This document shows, piece by piece, positions 1 to 9,670 of a DNA stretch of 64,000 nucleotides. The notes beneath the pieces are model-generated. The model made no database searches and was not told where the DNA came from. It saw only the letters and a program-made list of their open reading frames with translations. Each line of letters begins with the position of its first letter. Position 1 is the first letter of the stretch. The DNA is taken from contig CACYHE010000003.1 of assembly GCA_902774185.1 (NCBI GenBank), positions 11,997 to 75,996 of the forward strand, in the 5' to 3' direction. The position numbers and the translations under genes were made by a program. The stretch is from an uncultured Bacteroidales bacterium. Its GTDB lineage: Bacteria > Bacteroidota > Bacteroidia > Bacteroidales > Paludibacteraceae.

Positions 1-2294
1 TGACCAAGAAGTATCCGGACGGATTGGATTACTCGGCTATTAACACCGATTGGCAGGATGAGGTATTCCGCAAGAATGCGTTTATTCATAACTACAACCT
101 GTCGGTGGATGGCGGTAATGACAAAGGCCATTACAGTTTCTCCGCTTCGTATTTCGGACAGGATGGTACGCTGAAGGGTTCGGATTATAAACGTCTGACG
201 TTGCGTTTGAATTCCGATTATGAGATTCGCAAATGGTTGAAGATCGGTGAGCACTTGAGTTTCATGACCAACTGGACCACCAATGATGCATCGAACAACA
301 ATGCCAATGCCGGTGTGCTCAGTCAATCCTTGCGTATGGCACCGTGGGATCCGACCCATTATCCGGAGGGTAGTGTAAATAAACTCGGCGAAGACTTGAG
401 CGGAATAGTATCGGCTTCTTCGAACTTCAAAAACGTGTATAACCCCTTCTCTATTCTGGAGGAGAATTTCCCGAGCAAGACGGCTAACCGTTGGGTAGGT
501 GATATCTTCTTGGAGATTACCCCGATCAAGGGTCTCAAGCTCCGTTCTTCGTTGAGTTTGGATAACAGTCTCAACCGTGAGCGTGGTTACGGTAACGCCT
601 ACGCGCATAGTAACTATGACAAGCGTGAGAAGAACTACGTAAGCAGTTCTATCAAGCGTTACAACACGCTGTTGGAGGAGACGACATTGACTTATGCCAA
701 TGAAATCGGAAAGCATAACTTCAGCATCATGGCCGGTCAGACCTGGTCGGAGTATAACTACTACACGATGGGTGGTGCCGGTGCATCGATCTTGAACCCT
801 GTAGCAGAGAACTGGTATCTGAAGAAAGCGACCGAAGATATCACGCCGGCTTCCGACGATGTGGATCGTCAGCGTCGTTTGTCTTTCCTCGCTCGTGCGT
901 TCTATAGTTATGACAGCCGTTATATGATCACCGCCAACTTCCGTGCGGATGGTTCGAGTAAGTTCAAAAAGAACCCATGGGGTTTCTTCCCCTCTGTAGC
1001 CTTGGCTTGGCGTTTGAGTGAAGAGCCGTTCTTGAAAGACAAAGATCTGGTATGGCTTGACAACTTGAAAGTACGTGCCGGTTGGGGTCGCGTAGGTAAC
1101 GACGGTGTGAACGAGAATGATTTCGTATTGAAGATAGAAGATGGAACGTATTTCTCCAGTTATGTACTGGGTAACCCGGCAGTCAATGTGAAGGGTGCAA
1201 CCATCACTACCTATGTCAATCAGGACGGTCGCTGGGAGACTAACGAACAATGGGATGCCGGTATCGACTTCAGTTTCTGGAACGGTAAGTTAAGCGGTTC
1301 GGTGGATTACTTCCTCCGTGATACCAAGGATGCTTTGCTCTACGTGCCGGCACCTGCCCATGCGGGTTCGCAATTCCCGATGGTGGAGAACGTAGGTGTT
1401 ATTCGCAACCAAGGTGTCGAGTTGGTGCTCAACCATGAGAATAAAGTGGGTCCGGTTCATTACAATATCGGCGGTAACTTCTCTTGGATCAAGAATGAGT
1501 TGACCAAGCTGAACGGTGGTTCGCCTCGTTATGAGGATCGCGTGATCATCAATGAAGGTTTGCCTTTGCGTGCTTTCTGGGGTTATGAATATGAAGGTGT
1601 TTATACCTCGGATGAAGAGGCATTGCAGCACCTCTATGCCTATGATGCTTCGACGATCGGTGTGCATGCCGGTGACGCGAAGTATAAAGATATCAGCGGA
1701 CCGAACGGCGTTCCGGACGGTAAGATTGATGACAATGATAAGACGATGATCGGTAATCAATTCCCCGCGTTCACTTATGGTTTGAACTTAGGCGCGGACT
1801 TCTACGGCGTGGATGTTCAGATCTTCTTCCAAGGTGTAGCAGACGTAGATGTATATAACGCATTGCGTCACGTGACCGAAGGAGCAGGCGATGAGATGAC
1901 CCTCTCTAAGACTATGAGCAATGTATGGATCGGTTATACCGACCTGGTACGTGATGCATTGCAGAGCAAAGGTGTCAACTGGATGAACCTGGAGAACCGT
2001 TCTGCAAACGCGCTGCCGAACCCGGTAGGTGCTCCGAGCAATAACGAGACTTCATCCCGCTTCGTGGAAGATGCTTCGTATTTCCGTCTAAAGAACCTGC
2101 AAATCGGTTATACGATACCGAAACAATATACGGAGAAGGCGCATATCCAGCGTGCCCGTGTATATGTGAGCGGTAGTAACCTGCTGACCTTTACCAAGTA
2201 CTCCGGTTTCGATCCGGAAGTAGGTAGCGGTGTGGACTACGGAAACTATCCGCAGAGCCGTACGTGGACTTTTGGTGTTAACCTTAATTTCTAA
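1..2294 (+). CDS. susC: SusC-like TonB-dependent outer-membrane transporter, C-terminal part (5' end lies outside the window)
   Basis: The frame is open from the window edge, and the listed start at 24 is only a TTG. Long G/Y/N/F-rich barrel-type sequence ending in TFGVNLNF (aromatic C-terminus). TAATG junction with a SusD-like gene. Confidence 0.9.
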   Translation, partial: TKKYPDGLDYSAINTDWQDEVFRKNAFIHNYNLSVDGGNDKGHYSFSASYFGQDGTLKGSDYKRLTLRLNSDYEIRKWLKIGEHLSFMTNWTTNDASNNNANAGVLSQSLRMAPWDPTHYPEGSVNKLGEDLSGIVSASSNFKNVYNPFSILEENFPSKTANRWVGDIFLEITPIKGLKLRSSLSLDNSLNRERGYGNAYAHSNYDKREKNYVSSSIKRYNTLLEETTLTYANEIGKHNFSIMAGQTWSEYNYYTMGGAGASILNPVAENWYLKKATEDITPASDDVDRQRRLSFLARAFYSYDSRYMITANFRADGSSKFKKNPWGFFPSVALAWRLSEEPFLKDKDLVWLDNLKVRAGWGRVGNDGVNENDFVLKIEDGTYFSSYVLGNPAVNVKGATITTYVNQDGRWETNEQWDAGIDFSFWNGKLSGSVDYFLRDTKDALLYVPAPAHAGSQFPMVENVGVIRNQGVELVLNHENKVGPVHYNIGGNFSWIKNELTKLNGGSPRYEDRVIINEGLPLRAFWGYEYEGVYTSDEEALQHLYAYDASTIGVHAGDAKYKDISGPNGVPDGKIDDNDKTMIGNQFPAFTYGLNLGADFYGVDVQIFFQGVADVDVYNALRHVTEGAGDEMTLSKTMSNVWIGYTDLVRDALQSKGVNWMNLENRSANALPNPVGAPSNNETSSRFVEDASYFRLKNLQIGYTIPKQYTEKAHIQRARVYVSGSNLLTFTKYSGFDPEVGSGVDYGNYPQSRTWTFGVNLNF

Positions 2295-3955
2295 TGATGG
2301 AAAGGAGAATGATTATGAAAAGTGTATTGAAAAAAATAGCTTTGTTTCTGGTTCCTTGTTCCTTGCTGTTAACCGGTTGCGAGGATTATCTGACAGCTCC
2401 GAATCCGGCAACGGATAAGGCAGAGGATTTCCTTGCCAGTGGTCAGGCATGTATCAATAATGTCAATTCCGACTATGTGCCTCTCCAATGGGAGTATGCG
2501 ACAACATACTGCTCGGAGTGGTTCATCGGTGACATTGTCAGTGACGATGCGCTGAAAGGCGGACAGAACCTCAACGATATGTCCAACTCCTACGACATGG
2601 AGAACTGGAAAACGATTTCCAATAACGACATGCTCAACGATATCTATCGTGCCAATTTCTTAGGTATCGGTCGTTGTAACCTGTCGTTACGGTATATCGC
2701 GAATGTAGCTCCCGACTCGGTCATGACCGAGAGCGTGAAAAATCGTCTGTTGGGCGAAGCACATTTCTTGCGTGCGATGTATTACTTCCGTTTGCTCCGT
2801 ATCTTCGGTGGTGTGCCTCTTACTTTGGATGTGATTGATGGCACAGACGGTTGGAAATTAGAGCGCGCTTCGGTGGATGAGGTATATAAAGCCATCATCG
2901 CTGATCTGGAAGCCGCTAATGCCACGCTGTGGGTTCGCTCCCAATATTCGGCAGAGGACTTGGGTAGAGCTACCAAGGGAGCAGCGCAAGCGATGTTGCT
3001 CAAGACTTACCTCTATATGGCAGGTGATTATTGGAACAAGCAAGTAAGTATGAGTTCCGTAGATTGCTACAAGTTAGCCAAGGCATGGGGCGACAGTATC
3101 ATCGCTTCCGGTGAATATAGCCTTGAGACCAATTATGCGAACTTGTTCTCATTAGCCGGAGAGAATGGACCGGAGTCGGTATTCGAAGTGCAGTATATGG
3201 AAGAAGAGACTTCTGACTATGGCGCTGATGCCGGTGGTTTCGGTGCTACGCGTGGTACGTTCTCCGTTATCCTGACCCGTTCCCGTTCATCCTTGTTAGG
3301 CGGCGGTTGGGGATTCAACAAACCGACCCAGAACCTGTATGACGAGTACGAACCGGGCGATGCACGTCGTGATGCGACCATCCTGAACCCGAACGACACA
3401 TTGATAGAGAACCCCAATGAGGAGATCTATCTGGGTTGTCGTTATGTGAGCCGCAAGCGTTCGTTGTACCTCAATGAGAGCGGTACGTCGTATGAGAAGT
3501 TAGGTCACGCTACCCGTGGAGAGATCAACAACACGATTATCCGTTATGCGGACGTGCTGCTGATGCACGCGGAGGCTTGTATAGGCGCCGGACAAGGCGA
3601 TGCGCAAGCAGACTTGAACCAAGTACGTACGGCACGTGGCATGGCATCCTATCCGGGTTATTCGTTCACAGTGAACGGCACTACGATCGATGCACCGACT
3701 TTGTTGCAGGCTGTTCGTCACGAGCGTCGTGTAGAACTGGCTATGGAAGGTCATCGCTGGTTCGATATCGTTCGCTGGAACGGATTGGACGGTCAGGGCG
3801 TGAAGAAACATATGGACGCCTACAAGGCTACCGAGACGAAGAAAGCACAAGACCAGATGGCCGCTTTCGTAGAGGGCAAACATGAGATTTTCCCGATTCC
3901 GTCCAAACAACGTGAACTGAATCCTGCTTTAACGCAGAATCCGCAATATAACTAA
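2294..3955 (+). CDS. susD: SusD/RagB-family nutrient-binding outer-membrane lipoprotein
   Basis: Lipoprotein signal ending LLLTGC. Size, helical TPR-like content and position directly after susC fit the family. The true start is probably ATG 2315 (MKSVLKK). Confidence 0.9.
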   Translation: MMERRMIMKSVLKKIALFLVPCSLLLTGCEDYLTAPNPATDKAEDFLASGQACINNVNSDYVPLQWEYATTYCSEWFIGDIVSDDALKGGQNLNDMSNSYDMENWKTISNNDMLNDIYRANFLGIGRCNLSLRYIANVAPDSVMTESVKNRLLGEAHFLRAMYYFRLLRIFGGVPLTLDVIDGTDGWKLERASVDEVYKAIIADLEAANATLWVRSQYSAEDLGRATKGAAQAMLLKTYLYMAGDYWNKQVSMSSVDCYKLAKAWGDSIIASGEYSLETNYANLFSLAGENGPESVFEVQYMEEETSDYGADAGGFGATRGTFSVILTRSRSSLLGGGWGFNKPTQNLYDEYEPGDARRDATILNPNDTLIENPNEEIYLGCRYVSRKRSLYLNESGTSYEKLGHATRGEINNTIIRYADVLLMHAEACIGAGQGDAQADLNQVRTARGMASYPGYSFTVNGTTIDAPTLLQAVRHERRVELAMEGHRWFDIVRWNGLDGQGVKKHMDAYKATETKKAQDQMAAFVEGKHEIFPIPSKQRELNPALTQNPQYN

Positions 3956-4017
3956 ATACAAACTTAATCGTTTGTGATTAATCAATTTTTTTACTAACAA
4001 TCAAAACAAAACAAATC

Positions 4018-4977
4018 ATGAAAAAATTATTTGCAGTAGCGCTTGCAGCGCTGACATTGGTTGGTTTTTCTGCTTGCAAGAAGGAAAAAAATGATCCCGA
4101 AGCTTACAAGCTGAACCAAACTCAAGTTTCTATCGAGGAGGGTGCAACCTTCCAATTCACCATCACTCCGGCAGCGACCGCAGTATGGTCTTCTAACAAG
4201 GCAGAGGTGGCTACCGTTGACCAGAACGGTCTCGTAACCGCTGTTAAGGCAGGTAACGCTATTATTACCGCTAAGGTAGCTGATGTAGAACTCTCTGCAA
4301 TGGTAACCGTAACCGCTAAAGGTGGTCAAGGTGGTGATGATCCGGAGATTGATCCGTCTCTGCCGGCTTCTTTGAAAGGTAGCGAGTACTATCTGATCCA
4401 ATTGGATGAAACGACTGCAGCTAAGCTGCAAGGCCGTATCAAAGCAGACTTGCGCGTAGATGACAATAGTTCGTTCCTCTATGTATGGGACCAAACCTAT
4501 GTTGCAGGTGAGGCAAGCGGTATGAACTTCTACGGTGAGGCAGAAGGATGGCCTTCACTCCAAGTATCTACTATAGGTTGGTCCGGTATGGGTGTCAATG
4601 TACAGGCAGGTAAGTTCGATCAACTGAACGCTATGGCTGCTATCATGGCTAATCCGGCTGAATATGTACTCCACATTGCTATGAAGTCAACGGACAATGC
4701 AACTCACCTGCTTGAGTTGGATGGTACCACCGGTAAAGGTAAAGTAGCTATCGGTGAAACAGACTTCAATGACAATGGAGTAATCACAAAGGCTGTTGCG
4801 AACTTCACACGTAACGGTTCTTGGGGTGAGATTGAGATCCCGATGACGACCTTTACACAGCAAGGTTTGGTATATGGCAGCAATAATGCAAATGCGCTGA
4901 ACGTATTGGTATTCCTCAGTGGTGGAGTTTCCGGTACTTCGCTGCAATATGATGCATGCTTCATCTACAAGAAATAA
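4018..4977 (+). CDS. Surface lipoprotein with Big_2-like Ig domain; candidate surface glycan-binding protein (SGBP)
   Basis: Lipobox LVGFSAC. Big_2-like segment VSIEEGATFQFTI...VATVDQNGLVTAVKAGNAIITA. The third position after susCD is typical of SGBPs. Confidence 0.6.
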   Translation: MKKLFAVALAALTLVGFSACKKEKNDPEAYKLNQTQVSIEEGATFQFTITPAATAVWSSNKAEVATVDQNGLVTAVKAGNAIITAKVADVELSAMVTVTAKGGQGGDDPEIDPSLPASLKGSEYYLIQLDETTAAKLQGRIKADLRVDDNSSFLYVWDQTYVAGEASGMNFYGEAEGWPSLQVSTIGWSGMGVNVQAGKFDQLNAMAAIMANPAEYVLHIAMKSTDNATHLLELDGTTGKGKVAIGETDFNDNGVITKAVANFTRNGSWGEIEIPMTTFTQQGLVYGSNNANALNVLVFLSGGVSGTSLQYDACFIYKK

Positions 4978-4992
4978 TCTTTCTTGCTTTTG

Positions 4993-5020
4993 CCTGGCGG
5001 GGCTTGGTTGCCCCGTCAGG
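4993..5020 (+). promoter_or_regulatory. GC-rich stem-loop between the SGBP-like gene and the first GH16 (intra-operon attenuator or mRNA-stability element candidate)
   Basis: cctggcggggc / gccccgtcagg forms an 11-bp stem (one G:U) with loop ttggtt. No T-run follows. Confidence 0.4.
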
Positions 5021-5053
5021 TTCTAACTGTATAACAAAATAATAGTTCGTTCT

Positions 5054-6106
5054 ATGAGAAAATACACCGTATTCTTTTTCGCTTTATTGGCATTGTGTTT
5101 CCATTCTTGTAAAGAGAAGAATGCCGTACAGTCCACTATTCAAGTCAGTCCGAATATGGCCTTTATGACCGTAGGGGAGATATTGCAACTGACAGCCAAA
5201 CCATCTGCCGGTGTGCAATGGAGCAGTTCTGATACTGCCGTAGCAAAGGTAGCAGGAGGCTTTGTCGAAGCCATCAATGACGGACATGTTGTGATTACGG
5301 CCAGTACGAAAGATGCTTCCGGTACGGCGGATATCTATATTACGCAAGAGGGTGGAGAGTATCAAGGAGAGTATGAATTGGTATGGGCAGAGGAGTTTGA
5401 CGGAACCACGCTGAATAGCGAATATTGGAATATCGAACAAGGCGGTGGTGGCTGGGGAAATCAGGAGAAACAGTATTACACCGATCGTGCGGAGAATATA
5501 CGTGTTAAAAACGGATGTCTGGAGATAGAGGCGCGCAAAGAGCAGTACGGCAATAATGAATATACCTCTGCGCGTATCAATACCAAGAAAAAGAAGGATT
5601 TTGCGTACGGCAAGTTTGAAGCTCGCATCAAGTTCCCCAAAGGTGGCGGAACATGGCCTGCATTCTGGATGTTAGGTTACGGTAGCTGGCCTACGTGCGG
5701 AGAGATAGATATTGTGGAGCATGTCGGTAATAATCCGTACATGGCATCACATGCGGTACATACGCGTCAGAAGAACGGAACGAAAGGAAACAACTGGTCC
5801 AGTCGTCAGAACATGGCGAATATGGAAGAAGAATGGCATGTGTTTGGTGTAGAGTGGTTGAAGACCTATCTGTTGGGTTGTGATGCGCTTCGTTTTTATG
5901 TGGACGACCAAGTTGGCGGAGTTGTTTATTCTTCCCAAAATTCCACTTTCGAAGATTGGCCGTTTACGCAAGACCGTCCCGAGTTTATTATACTGAACTT
6001 GGCTTTAGGCGGAACGATGGGTGGCGCTATCAATGATAATGCGTTCAATAATCCGGTCATCATGTATGTCGATTGGGTACATGTATATCAAAAAGTAATG
6101 AAATAA
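5054..6106 (+). CDS. GH16 beta-glucanase (laminarinase-like) with N-terminal Big_2-like domain
   Basis: Signal/lipobox LCFHSC, WPAFWMLG and the catalytic strand GEIDIVEH (ExDxxE). Confidence 0.9.
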   Translation: MRKYTVFFFALLALCFHSCKEKNAVQSTIQVSPNMAFMTVGEILQLTAKPSAGVQWSSSDTAVAKVAGGFVEAINDGHVVITASTKDASGTADIYITQEGGEYQGEYELVWAEEFDGTTLNSEYWNIEQGGGGWGNQEKQYYTDRAENIRVKNGCLEIEARKEQYGNNEYTSARINTKKKKDFAYGKFEARIKFPKGGGTWPAFWMLGYGSWPTCGEIDIVEHVGNNPYMASHAVHTRQKNGTKGNNWSSRQNMANMEEEWHVFGVEWLKTYLLGCDALRFYVDDQVGGVVYSSQNSTFEDWPFTQDRPEFIILNLALGGTMGGAINDNAFNNPVIMYVDWVHVYQKVMK

Positions 6107-6107
6107 A

Positions 6108-7652
6108 ATGCGCAAACCGTTCTTTCCTATATCCATTCTGGGCTTATTGGCTATCGTGCTCTTTGCTTGCAAAGAACCGAACAAACCGGGCGTCCTGACC
6201 ATCCAACCGAAGACCTTGGAGATGGTGGTAGGGGACATGCAACGCTTGTCGCTTGTGTGGAACGACCAAGCGGTGGAGGCTAATGCGGCTCAATGGAGCA
6301 GTTCGGATGCTTCGATCGCTTTTGTGTCGGGCGGAATCGTGGAGGCTTTGCAAGCAGGCGGAGCGGTGGTTAAGGCGACGTATCAGTCCACCACAGCAGA
6401 GTGTTTCGTCATTGTGAACGGCGAACCCGAGCAACCTCAGGAAGATCTTTCCAAATCGGTTAAATATCTGCCGAAGAGCGGCAAACGGGGGGTGGGCTAT
6501 AGTTTTGCTTCTTTCCCGCAGGAAGATGTGGAGGCCTTGTCGCCTTTTATCAGTTGGTGCTATAACTGGGGCACACAGCCTTCTTCTGCCACGATATCCA
6601 ATTTGTTGGATGAGCACCAAATTGACTTCATTCCTATGGCTTGGAACGGGACGAACGAAGCGCAGATACGGGCATACAAGCAAAGCCACCCGCAATGTGC
6701 GTATATCCTGGCTTTCAATGAACCGAATCTGACCGACCAAGCGAACATGACTCCGCAGCAGGCGGCAGACAAATGGCCTGCGTTGAAAACCTTGGCAAAT
6801 GAATTGAATCTGAAGATTGTGTCGCCGGCTATGAACTACGGTACGCTGGCAGGATATAGCGATCCCGTCAAATGGTTGGATGAGTTCTTTGCGTTGGTTC
6901 CTAAATCCGACGTGTGCGCGATAGCCCTGCATTGCTATATGGGTTCTGCCGGCGCGATGTACGGGTATATCCATCGATTCGACAAATACGACTTGCCTAT
7001 CTGGATGACCGAGTTCTGCTCATGGGATAAACCGGCACCAAGTAGTGTGGAGGCGCAGATCGATTATATGAACGAAGCGGTGGTGATGTTAGAGTCGGAT
7101 CCGAAAGTGGCGCGTTATGCGTGGTTCATCCCTCGTGGAAGTGGACCGGTAGATAGTTATCCCTACATGCAGCTACTCAGCAAAAAAGATATCGGTGCGC
7201 TTTCACCGCAAGGGGAAGTGTATGCAGGTCTTACTTCGTTTGACCGTACAACATGGTTGCCGTCCGATGCACCGATTCTGCCGAATACCTATTGCGATTG
7301 TTCGGCAGCTGAGACGATACGAAACGGCAGTTTTGCGGCTGCCCCTCATTTGCGACCTACGACGGATAACGCAGGTGTGCTGATGATGACCACGTTCACG
7401 AACGGGCAATGGGTGGAGTATCAGATCAATGCCGTGAACGCTATTCAGAAGATGGTGATTCGCTATCAAGGGGTAGTGGGGTCTTCGCTAACCGTAATGG
7501 TGGATGGGGCTCAAGCCGCACAGACGCAACTGGCGTGGAATGAAGGCAAATGGGCAGAACAAGAGTTCGCTATCTCCATTCCGCAAGGTCACCATACAGT
7601 ACGGTTGGTATCCGGCGGAAATATAACGTTTAATTGGTTCAAATTGCAATAA
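6108..7652 (+). CDS. GH128-like (Glyco_hydro_cc, clan GH-A) beta-1,3-glucanase candidate with Big_2-like N-domain and CBM6/35-like C-domain
   Basis: KRGVGY...WCYNWG...IPMAWNG, FNEPN (acid/base context) and WMTEF (nucleophile context). C-terminal beta-sandwich-like ~130 aa. Confidence 0.7.
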   Translation: MRKPFFPISILGLLAIVLFACKEPNKPGVLTIQPKTLEMVVGDMQRLSLVWNDQAVEANAAQWSSSDASIAFVSGGIVEALQAGGAVVKATYQSTTAECFVIVNGEPEQPQEDLSKSVKYLPKSGKRGVGYSFASFPQEDVEALSPFISWCYNWGTQPSSATISNLLDEHQIDFIPMAWNGTNEAQIRAYKQSHPQCAYILAFNEPNLTDQANMTPQQAADKWPALKTLANELNLKIVSPAMNYGTLAGYSDPVKWLDEFFALVPKSDVCAIALHCYMGSAGAMYGYIHRFDKYDLPIWMTEFCSWDKPAPSSVEAQIDYMNEAVVMLESDPKVARYAWFIPRGSGPVDSYPYMQLLSKKDIGALSPQGEVYAGLTSFDRTTWLPSDAPILPNTYCDCSAAETIRNGSFAAAPHLRPTTDNAGVLMMTTFTNGQWVEYQINAVNAIQKMVIRYQGVVGSSLTVMVDGAQAAQTQLAWNEGKWAEQEFAISIPQGHHTVRLVSGGNITFNWFKLQ

Positions 7653-7654
7653 TC

Positions 7655-8680
7655 ATGAAGAAACTATTTACTCTTTTTGCAGCATGCATGGCAATGACGG
7701 CTTTGGCACAAAATTATCAACTCGTGTGGAACGAGGACTTTACGGATGCAGCCTTGGATAACCAGGTGTGGAACATCGAAGTGAATGCGGACGGTGGCGG
7801 CAATAACGAATTGCAGTATTATTGCGAGAAAGGTGTTTCGCTGGGCGTAGAGCCGACGACGGGTAAGAAATGTCTGATCCTGACGGCAACCAAAGAGTCG
7901 GCAGGTGGTCGGGATTGTACGTCCGGACGTGTGAATACGAAAAACAAGATGTATTACACATACGGAAAGATCGAAGCACGTATCAAGTTTCCGAAAACGG
8001 CGAACGGTCTATGGCCGGCATTCTGGCAGATGGGGAATAACTTCGACCAAGTAGGTTGGCCTAAATGCGGTGAGACGGACATCATCGAGATGGGGCATCA
8101 GAATGCGTTCAGCAAGGGTACGCAGGAGCGTTATTTCAACGGAGCCATGCACGTGGGACGCAGATGGGATGCGGTATGGAGCGATGCGCAGTCGGCTACG
8201 TGGGACTATTCGCTGCAAGATACATTCCATATTCTGACGATGATCTGGACGCCGACGTCCATCGATATGTATATGGATAAAGAGTCACATCCGGAGAATG
8301 GCGCTTATTTCCATGCGGATTTGGAGCCCAACGACGATGCAGACTATAACCGTCAACTGGTGTTCGGCAAACCGAACTTCATCATTGCCAACCTCGCTGT
8401 CGGCGGTAACTTCCCGGGTATCTATAACATCAACGGCATCACTGCTTTGGCTGCCGGACCTCGCTCGATGTATATCGATTGGATACGTATCTACCAGCGT
8501 GGCGATGCGAATGAGTCCTTCGTCTGCCCCACGGCATCTGATCCTATTGAACCCGAAGTGGTGCAAGGAGTGGAAAGAATTCATAATTCAGAATTTAGAA
8601 TTCAGAAAGTACTGCGTAACGGACAGATTCTTATCCAACGCGAAGGAGAAGTTTATAATATAATGGGAACGAAGTTATGA
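7655..8680 (+). CDS. GH16 beta-glucanase with short C-terminal sorting-like motif
   Basis: ATG 7655 gives the signal peptide MKKLFTLFAACMAMTALAQ. WPAFWQMG and GETDIIEM (ExDxxE). The C-terminus is KVLRNGQILIQREGEVYNIMGTKL. Confidence 0.9.
   Translation: MKKLFTLFAACMAMTALAQNYQLVWNEDFTDAALDNQVWNIEVNADGGGNNELQYYCEKGVSLGVEPTTGKKCLILTATKESAGGRDCTSGRVNTKNKMYYTYGKIEARIKFPKTANGLWPAFWQMGNNFDQVGWPKCGETDIIEMGHQNAFSKGTQERYFNGAMHVGRRWDAVWSDAQSATWDYSLQDTFHILTMIWTPTSIDMYMDKESHPENGAYFHADLEPNDDADYNRQLVFGKPNFIIANLAVGGNFPGIYNINGITALAAGPRSMYIDWIRIYQRGDANESFVCPTASDPIEPEVVQGVERIHNSEFRIQKVLRNGQILIQREGEVYNIMGTKL
8578..8608 (+). repeat. Heptamer tract AATTCAT AATTCAG AATTTAG AATTCAG (in frame in GH16, just before its C-terminal motif)
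   Basis: Read directly; encodes ...IHNSEFRIQK. Confidence 0.9.
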
Positions 8681-9651
8681 AAAAAATCTGTATTCTGTCA
8701 GCGTTAGCGGTCTGTGTTCTGTGCTCCTGCTCGAAGAGCGAGTACAAGCTGGTCTGGTCCGATGAGTTTGACGGCGAGACGCTGAACGCTGCTTATTGGA
8801 ACGTGGAAGACAATGCACGTGGAGGCGGTAATGCCGAGTTGCAGTACTATGCGCCGAAGAACGTCACCATCGAGCGTCATCCGGAGACAGGGGAGTCCTG
8901 TCTGGTGCTGAACGCGCAACGCGAAGACTACGGAAACCGTCCGTGTACTTCTGCGCGCCTCAATACGCAGGATAAGGTGACGGTGGAGTATGGAAAAGTG
9001 GAAGCTCGTATCGCTTTCCCTTATACCGCAGACGGTCTTTGGCCGGCATTCTGGATGCTCGGAAATAACCTTGCTACCAATTTAGGCGACAATGACGATA
9101 TCGATGCGCAGGTGGCGCAGTTGGAGAAAGAGAACCGTGTCGTTTGGCCCAAGTGCGGGGAGATAGACATCTGCGAGATGGGGCACCATAGCGGTATCGA
9201 AGCCGGTACGCAGGATCGTTTCTTCAATGGTGCCTGCCACTGGGGCGAATCGTTTAATAACGGAGCCTATCCCAATTTCGGACAGTTCTGCACGGCTGAC
9301 TACCCGGTACAAGGCGATTTTCACCTCTTCACACTCGAGTGGACCGCCGACACCATTGCCATGTATCTGGATAAAGACGTGTATCCGGACGTAGCGCCGT
9401 ATTTCCAACTCTCGTTGCGAAACAAAGAGGTGAATGAACCGGGACATTATTTCAACCACCCCTTCTATCTGGTGTTAAACCTCTCTGTAGGCGGGTTCTT
9501 CCCCGATATGCCGGCGGCAGAGAAATATCCGGAACTCATCACGGCGGATGATCCTTCCTTCCAACGCGTCACGGCTTTACCCGCAGATGGCACTCCTGTT
9601 AAGATGTATGTGGACTACATACGCGTGTATAAAATGGTACATAGTAAATGA
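8677..9651 (+). CDS. GH16 beta-glucanase lipoprotein
   Basis: ATGA overlap with the upstream gene, lipobox VLCSCS, WPAFWMLG and GEIDICEM. Confidence 0.9.
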   Translation: MKKICILSALAVCVLCSCSKSEYKLVWSDEFDGETLNAAYWNVEDNARGGGNAELQYYAPKNVTIERHPETGESCLVLNAQREDYGNRPCTSARLNTQDKVTVEYGKVEARIAFPYTADGLWPAFWMLGNNLATNLGDNDDIDAQVAQLEKENRVVWPKCGEIDICEMGHHSGIEAGTQDRFFNGACHWGESFNNGAYPNFGQFCTADYPVQGDFHLFTLEWTADTIAMYLDKDVYPDVAPYFQLSLRNKEVNEPGHYFNHPFYLVLNLSVGGFFPDMPAAEKYPELITADDPSFQRVTALPADGTPVKMYVDYIRVYKMVHSK

Positions 9652-9670
9652 TTAAATCGTAAATAGATTT

